Made by a program: the position numbers and the translations under genes
Notes under the pieces: generated by a model
Told to the model about the DNA's origin: nothing
Databases searched by the model: none
The model's input: only the letters and a program-made list of their open reading frames with translations
Shown here: piece after piece, positions 56,466 through 64,000 of the stretch
Numbering within the stretch: position 1 is the stretch's first letter
Layout: the number at the start of each line of letters is the position of its first letter
Source of the DNA: Adineta vaga
Taxonomy: Eukaryota > Animalia > Rotifera
DNA length: 64,000 nt
Reading direction: 5' to 3'
NCBI GenBank assembly: GCA_021613535.1
Contig: CP075492.1
Location: 11,160,001 to 11,224,000, forward strand

Positions 56466-57311
56466 ATGGAACAAACAACAACAACAACGAGAAAGAAAAA
56501 TGGGTATTATTTTCTTCCAATGTCTGGTACAGTTTTGGAATTCAATTCAAGTCAATCATTATTTTTACAATATTATAAAAATCTATTGCCAAAATCAATT
56601 AATAATGAAATCAATTTAACAAAAAAAAGTACGAAACGTTGTTCATCATCTTATCGACAACGTTTAGAACGTATTAAAAATAATTGTCAATTAATTCGTC
56701 AACGTCGTCGTCGTTATTGTTCATTTCCAATTTCACCAATTGAACTTCGTCCAAGTATATTTCAACAACGTTTCTATCAATCAGGTTCATTGGAATTATT
56801 AAATGTCAATGATAAACATTGGCAATCAACGAATATATTACGTTTATCAAATGAATATTTATATAAATGTAAATATGCAATGCATTCATCAACAAATCGA
56901 TATTTTAAACAAAATGAATTTTATACTTTTCTTCGAGAACTTTTCCTATGTTCAACAATAATCAATGACAGTGATAACAATAATTATCAATGTCAACTAT
57001 GTGATTATCATTTTCAATCCAATGATATGTTAAATTTACATTTAAATCGTCAAAGTATATCAATACAATATCGATGTTTAACATGTCAATCATTGATTAA
57101 AACAATGAATCCATGTCAGGCTTATTATCATTTGTTATTACATACAAATTCAACGAAAGAAAACTGTATTGGACGATTGAATATGAATTATGATAAACAA
57201 ACTTGTTCAGTAAGAAAATCTTCATAGAAAATTTCAAATAAATATAAATTGTTTTCTATCATTCTTTAGGAATTTATTGATGATATGTTTACAAAATTTT
57301 CCAATTATTAA
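56466..57311 (+). CDS. Zinc-finger protein with a ZNF532/592/687-like finger pair (2 exons)
   Basis: YQCQLCDYHF...LNLHLNRQSISIQYRCLTC...MNPCQAYYHLLLH parallels the remembered CxxC..H.DRRSVRIEVTCxxC..NKC..H..H motif of this family. Confidence 0.6.
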
Positions 57312-57395
57312 TCTCGTTTTAATCTGATATTTTTGCTGTGATAATTTCAAGAATAAATTTATTGATTTATAGTGATCAAAATTCTCAACTAGAGT

Positions 57396-57842
57396 TTATT
57401 TTTTTTGTTGGTAATTAACTTCTAAACGACGTTCACTTTCTTTTGCTTGTAGAAATGCGGATTTCATCGATTGACGATGTTGTTCAAGAATGAAATGTCT
57501 CATTCGATTTTGTTCACATTGATCACAGAGATAAATTCGTTGTTGATGTTCAAAATATGAATACCACCAATTGACTGTTGAATCTACTCGACAATTCGCA
57601 CAATTATGTGGTAGTTTTGAAATACAATCGATTGAATCAGTAGTAATGAGATAATTCATAACACAGTCTAAACCTTGATGTTCAAGAAAATCTAAATCTC
57701 GTGAATTTGGTATGAAGTTATTAAAGGAATTAAACACATGTTGAGATGATGGTGATAAGGTTAATAATTTACTTTTTAAATTTTGTCGTAATTCAAGACG
57801 TTTTTCTATTAATTCATCATTATCAGTGAACATTTCAAACAT
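57396..57842 (-). CDS. GATAD2/p66-like protein containing only the CR2 (GATA-type finger) region
   Basis: RLELRQNLKSKLL, NFIPN..LDFLEHQGLDCVMNYL, CANCRVDSTVNW...LCDQC and EQHRQSMKSAFLQAKESE match p66 CR2. First ATG at 57842. Confidence 0.72.
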   Translation of the reverse strand: MFEMFTDNDELIEKRLELRQNLKSKLLTLSPSSQHVFNSFNNFIPNSRDLDFLEHQGLDCVMNYLITTDSIDCISKLPHNCANCRVDSTVNWWYSYFEHQQRIYLCDQCEQNRMRHFILEQHRQSMKSAFLQAKESERRLEVNYQQKK

Positions 57843-58108
57843 TGTCAATGAGAAAACTAACGGTGTGAGTGAATGGCGCCTCCAATGTGTCAAATTCTCA
57901 TTGTACTTAGAGTTTTGATTCAGTGATAGATTTCAAAAAGGATAAGAGATAACATCTTTCTCTAGTTTCATGACATGATACTCAATAATGTGAACAAGAT
58001 CTTCTAGAGATAATAGATTTCAGAAAAAAAAGACGACTATTAGCAAAGGTGCATGAAAGAAGAAAATGGGTGCGAAAACCTTTTGAAAAAAACAAAAACG
58101 ATTCTTCT

Positions 58109-59773
58109 TTAATTATTTGTTTTTAAAGTGAATGCTAATTGTTCTAAGTAATTTAATTTTGATTCAAATTGATTTGTTAATTGTTCAACACTTTCAATAC
58201 GTGCACTTAAACTTAGTTGACGTTTTTGTTCATCGGAAAGATAAGATGCTGGTTTACTTGTACCTAGAGAGAAATCTAAACGTCGTTGAATATCATTAAG
58301 CATGATCGATAGACGATTATTAATTTGAGTATTTTCTGTGACAACTTCTTTCAAATCAATAGGTTTTTTTGCTTGTTGAAATTTTTTACATGTTGACGAA
58401 TATTTCAGTATTCGAAAGATTTTTATTGCCGTTATATAACGTTTAGGTAAATCTTCAATTGATGTTATTGATTTTCTTCGAATGTGATCTAGTTTTGATG
58501 CTGTTGTTGAACTGTATCGAAAAGGATTCTTTTCACAACGATTAGGATTAGATGAAGATCGATGAAATGGTGGTGCTGAACTTGGATTTGATGGTGGTGG
58601 CATAAGTGCATTGACACGTCGTTGAATTAATGTATAGATTTTCCATGTCGCAACAAAACGATCACCTTGATAAGTACATCGAAGTCGCCACCAATTTCGA
58701 ATCACACTTGCAGCAGCTGGTACAAGACGATTGAATGCTTCATCACGTTTCTGTTCTTGAACTTTGATTGCCAAACCCTTTAGATTTAAACGAGAAAAGA
58801 AAACAACAATTAATCAAAGAGAAAGAAGAAAGTATAATCTATCCCGTACACTTCCGATTATACCCGCTGGTAAACACCAAAATGCAACACCCAGATAACA
58901 GATAGTTGCTGTTATCATTTTACCAATATACGTTTTCGGACAGAGATCACCAAATCCAATTGTTGTCATCTAAATAAAGAAAACGAATAGTATACAACCA
59001 GATTTTCTTTTTGAAACGATATTAACTGTAATAATTGAAAACCACATTGAATCTGCCATTGATCGAAATGATCCGGAACATTCAGTGGCATCTATTGGTT
59101 TTTCAGCGATATAAACAAGATAACCACCGGTAATTAAAAACATAAAACCAATAACAATTGTAACCGTCAATTCTTGACGATGTTTTAAACAGATTTCTTT
59201 TAAAATTCTCCACGATGATAATTGTCGATCAACGCGTAAAAATCGAATCATTTGTAATGGTGGTAGATAATCTAATGCAATGTCAGTAAATTCACCTGTT
59301 GTTATACCTGTTGCTAACACTAATCCGAATCCACAAAGTGTTAGAATATCAAGAACAATCATCGGTTGTGTGACAAACATAAAACGACCTAACAATGTTC
59401 GATATTTTGCCAGACAACCCGCTGCCCATATCCGTAATATAAGTTCATAAGTAAAAAATATACATAAAAGTAATTCACCATAGTACAGTTGTGTATTTAA
59501 TGTTGATCGCCATTCTATAATCGTTGATATTGAACCAAAGACGAGTGATATCAATGTTAGAAGAAAAACAAATGAATGATAGATCAATGTTTGTTTGCCT
59601 TCTTGTCTTTCGAGAATATGATAGATATCAGCTTTATGAATATGAAATCTTGGGAAACAACGTGAGAATCCATCAGAAGTATCTTCATCGTTCAGATCTA
59701 ATGTTGCAGAATAAATAGATATTGCCGATGGACGTGATGCAGGAGAGAGAGTACTTTTACGTCGAATACTCAT
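58109..59773 (-). CDS. KCNQ: KCNQ-family potassium channel (3 exons), divergent
   Basis: IYHILER, RIWAAGC, RVDRQ..WRIL, HRQEL, YLVYIAEK, pore TTIGFGD, S6 LPAGIIGSGLAIKVQ and helix B KKFQQAKKP...IQRRLD. Confidence 0.92.
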
Positions 59774-60328
59774 CTTTCGATGTGTAATTGTTTTCTTTTT
59801 TCTTCTTTTTATTTTACATTGGCATGAAATAAATGATCCTCGCGTTTTTTGACCTTTATTCGAGCATGATGAATCAAATTCATAGACGCATGTGTTTCTT
59901 TTCGACAAGAGAAAAAGAAAAAAGACCGCTACTATCATGAGAGAAGTATATATATACACATCAGCAGTCTTGATTTCTTCGTGTTTTGGATAGTTTTACT
60001 CAAACAGAAAAAGAAAATGCAAACCAAACACAAGATAGAATTCGTTCGTCATCACAATGATCAGAAATCAATATGTCAAATACATACATATAAAAGATGA
60101 TTTGATCAATTTGACCGATCTGTTGTTGCCATCGAGTGACCTCTATCTAACAATAAAATTGTTATATAGATGTTCTAGAGATGGTTGTCATGAAACATAC
60201 GATCGTGGCTTTCTTTTCATGGATGAAATTAATTCCGAAAGAGAGAAAAAAAACGAATATTACGTTCAAATGTTTAGATCAATAGTCCTATTATCTATTT
60301 AAAATAAAACTTATTATTCATTTGTAAA

Positions 60329-63135
60329 ATGACGGATGGTAAATAGCATTATATCTCATGAATAGTTCCATATAGACCTAAAATCTGATGTACTGTTTTA
60401 GGGGTAGATACACATATTTTACGATACTATGAAATTCAAAAACGTCTGGGAAAAGGTGCATATGGAATCGTATGGAAAGCAACTGATAAACGAAGTAAAG
60501 AAGTTGTTGCATTGAAAAAAATTTTTGATGCCTTTCGTAATCAAACTGATGCACAAGTGAGTTTAATAATGAATAGAATATGAGTCAGATATTGATTTGA
60601 TTTCATCTCTAGAGAACATATCGTGAAATTGTTTTTCTACGTGAATTTGGTGAACATCCAAATATTATTCGTTTACAAAATGTTTTACGTGCTGATAATG
60701 ATCGAGATATTTATCTTGTTTTTGAATTTATGGGTAAAGCAAAAAATAATAATTATTCAATTTCCTACTTCCTTTTCTCGTCAATGTTGTTTCAGAGGCG
60801 GATCTTCATAATGTCATACGAAAAGGAAATATTCTTAAAGATACACATAAACGATATGTAATGTATCAGTTATTGAAAGCAATGAAATATCTTCATTCAG
60901 CGAATGTTATTCATCGAGATATGAAGGTAATATCATTCTCAAAAATCAAATCTATGGATTATACTGTTTATTTGTTTGTTTTGTGTTGCATAGCCATCAA
61001 ATGTTTTAATTAATCAACAATGTCGCGTTAAGATATGCGATTTTGGTCTTGCAAGATCATTAAATTATGTTTATGAAGATCCACAACATCCAGCTTTGAC
61101 AGAATATGTTGGTAAGTTTGTTTTGACTAGAAATTGATATTAGATTATACAATGTATTGGGCTTTATAGCAACAAGATGGTATCGTGCACCAGAAATTTT
61201 ACTTGCTTCAACAAAGTATGTTTTATCTCATGATAGTTTATGCAAACTATCTATGTATATATTGTTTTAGGTATACAAAAGGTGTTGATATGTGGTCTAT
61301 CGGTAAGTTTGAATAGAAGGTTTTCGAAAGCGGTAATTGAATGAAAATTTGAAAATATTTGGTTATTTGCAAAAGTTTTCACTGAAATGATATCGAAAAT
61401 TCGCACCATGCAATAGTATGCTTGTTATTTAGGTTGTATACTTGGAGAAGTATTACTTGGAAAACCTCTTTTTCAAGGAACATCAACATTCAATCAATTG
61501 GAACGTATCCTTCAATATATTCCAACACCGAGTCAATCGGATATTGCTAGTATTGCATCACATTATGGGCCTAGTGTTCTAGAACGAGCATCATCTGGGT
61601 AGTATTGTCTTGGAAAAATAGTTCGAATGATTTGAACAATGCATTTTGTTTTTAGTCAGAAGAAATCACTCGATAGTGTGATTCCTAATGCTGGTGATGA
61701 ATCTCTTGATCTTCTTCGACGTCTTCTTCATTTTAATCCCGACAAACGAATAACAGCTGACGAAGGAGTCCGCCATCCATATGTTGTTTCGTATGTCTTC
61801 TCTTTCACTGCTTCCTTTCTTTCAATAATATCAATATTTCTGATCAGATTTCATAATTCAAGTGAAGAAATGGTCAAAGGCTATGATGTTGTACCACAAT
61901 TAAGCGATGATATACAATTGACTGTTGATGAGTATAGAAAGAAACTATACGAAGTAATTTTTTTTTCTTTTTTTCCAATCATAAAAATGATTTTCATTTG
62001 AATCTATAGTTGATTCAATTGCGTAAAGTATCAGCAAAAATCAATCCTAATACGTCTTCCTCTAACTCGGAGGCACCACGATCACGTGATACTTCAGTTG
62101 ATCAACCACAACGTTATGGTGCCAGTGGTTATATTGATAAATCAGAATATGATGCTTATAAACAATCAACAGTAAATTCAACGTCTGGAGGAAATCGAGG
62201 AGGTGCTTATTCAAATTATTCCACAGATAATAATAATAATCGATATGTTCAAGATGTGATTGATGATGATGATGATTATACGCCAATAGTAACGAACGAT
62301 TACTCAAATGGACAACAACAGTCAAAGAATTCTTCCACGACACCGTATTCTGGTTTGTTAAGAAGATTGTCTATGGTTTGTGCTCGATAAAATTGATCTT
62401 CGTTTTCTTTTTCTATAAAGGACTTGTTGGTCGATCAAATAGTTACAATGGTTTACAACCAAAATTAATCAGTAATAAACAACGTAATACAGCAACCAGT
62501 TCAACTATGTTATATCCAGTAAATATTTGTTTTTCGTTTGTATTCATTATGAAAGGAAATTTCTTTTAGAAATCTAGTAGTGGAGGTTTAACACGTGAGA
62601 AGATCGGAGGTAATCGTGGTTATCGTTCTGGTTCAGCTCCGACTCCTACACCGCCATCGAAACAAATCAATAATAGTAATAATAACAATTATTACATTCG
62701 ACGACCGACAGTTATTTTTAATGATGAACGTGGTGGTCCAAGTGATAAAAGTGCAGGTGCACAATCGAGAATGAATAATAAATTTGTAAGTAAAAAAATT
62801 CATTTTTTCATATTAGAATCATTGAATTTCATTAGGTAAACACACTTCGACCAAATTCAACTGTTGACAACCGAAACAAACCTCGTTATCATTCCGCTAC
62901 ACTGATGAATTACAATCAACAGCAACAATTAGGAGGTGGAGTATCGTCTTCTTCATACATAAATTACAATGGACAATATCAACAACATCAACGTCGTCCA
63001 ACCTACGGAAATTATTCTAATACTACAGTCTCAACAGTAGCACGTGATAATCTTGGAGGTTATCATCAAAATATGGGTACATTGACTCAAAATGGACTTC
63101 GTGTTCTCGATGGTCTTCTTCACAATGCCACGTAA
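60329..63135 (+). CDS. MAPK15: Atypical MAP kinase ERK7/8 (multi-exon)
   Basis: [79 protein letters not shown] and a long low-complexity tail. Confidence 0.95.
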
Positions 63136-63741
63136 CGTTGATTTATAAGATATTTTTTGTTTTGTTGGTTTTTTTTCTTCTCTTTTTTATTGTTTATTAC
63201 GTACATATATATATATATATTTCATAATGGGCATTTCTTCTCTTTCGTGCATGAAAAAAATCAAAATGATCATGCATTGTTGTGTTCTGTTTGTTACTTC
63301 TTCTCTCAAACGCTCTATACCGTTAGTAGTGTGATCAATTTCCTACACCTCGTTTTTACACATATACAAGTGATCTTTTTGTGTACATTGTTTTTCATTT
63401 TTTTTTCACACACACACAAAACAAGTAAACATACAAGCATTGCTATGAACCTATTCACTCATTGATGTGTACATTCTGGTACTAAAACTGAAGTTTTACT
63501 TTATTTTGTATATATGTATATATGTAGCAATTCTTTCGAAAAGATTTCAGATGAAAAATGAGAAAAAAAAACAATTTGATTTAATTTGAAAATTTTCATC
63601 AAGCAGCACCCAGAAAAATCGAAAACAAAAGGAAAACAGCTAATATAATACTGTCGAAAAATACACAATATGTATAAGAAATAAAGAAAACAATACCATC
63701 GTATATATGACTAGTGTAAAACTTCATTCATATCATAGAAT

Positions 63742-64000
63742 TTAATGAAGATTTTCAGCACTGGTCAATCGACCACGAAATGTGGATGGATATTGTTGTT
63801 TAAATGAATAATTATTCTGTTGATCCATAGTATTTCCACTAGTTGATGGTCTATTTGTTTGTTGTTGCTGGAAAGGTACATTATTTAAAACAGATAATGA
63901 TGAAGCACGTTTCATTGGACCATAGTTATAATCTTGTGGTTGTTGTTGCTGTTGTTGCTGTTGTGGATATTGAGAAGAATTAAATGGTTGATTATTCCAT
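63742..64000 (-). CDS. Partial 3' terminal exon of an unidentified gene (poly-Q, low complexity)
   Basis: Open frame from the window edge: [38 protein letters not shown]...RLTSAENLH*. Confidence 0.6.
   Translation of the reverse strand, partial: WNNQPFNSSQYPQQQQQQQQPQDYNYGPMKRASSLSVLNNVPFQQQQTNRPSTSGNTMDQQNNYSFKQQYPSTFRGRLTSAENLH

Overview
AT-rich eukaryotic (animal) DNA, gene-dense, with many ~50-60 nt GT-AG introns. The intron size, base composition and an intronless ADP-ribosyltransferase-TPR gene point to a bdelloid rotifer (inference only). About 25 genes were reconstructed by hand across exons, in order: a candidate neuropeptide precursor, MADD, RBX1, an intronless bacterial-like SDR, CBR1-like, BBIP1, SPICE1-like, PI4KB, PSMD3, MAGE/NSE3, DAXX, PGAM5-like, a small CxCxC orphan, phospholipase C, a TIF1-family TRIM, SETDB1, ART-TPR, LRR-ROC-COR, an SPR/MIP-receptor-like GPCR, phnW, ZNF532/592/687-like, GATAD2-like, KCNQ, MAPK15 and a partial 3' exon. 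Highlights: (1) operon-like co-oriented arrays with ~60-107 nt gaps and splice acceptors directly before start codons, suggesting SL trans-spliced polycistrons; (2) a head-to-head TIF1-TRIM/SETDB1 pair sharing an inverted double-CCAAT element, near DAXX and MAGE; (3) a divergent ART-TPR/LRR-Roco pair, with an AP-1 palindrome upstream of ART-TPR and a hairpin over its AUG; (4) an amidated neuropeptide precursor that I cannot assign to a known family; (5) a KCNQ with a charge-depleted S4 and GFG filter; (6) three 1-bp deletions that may be assembly errors. All homology calls rest on remembered motifs, not database searches.
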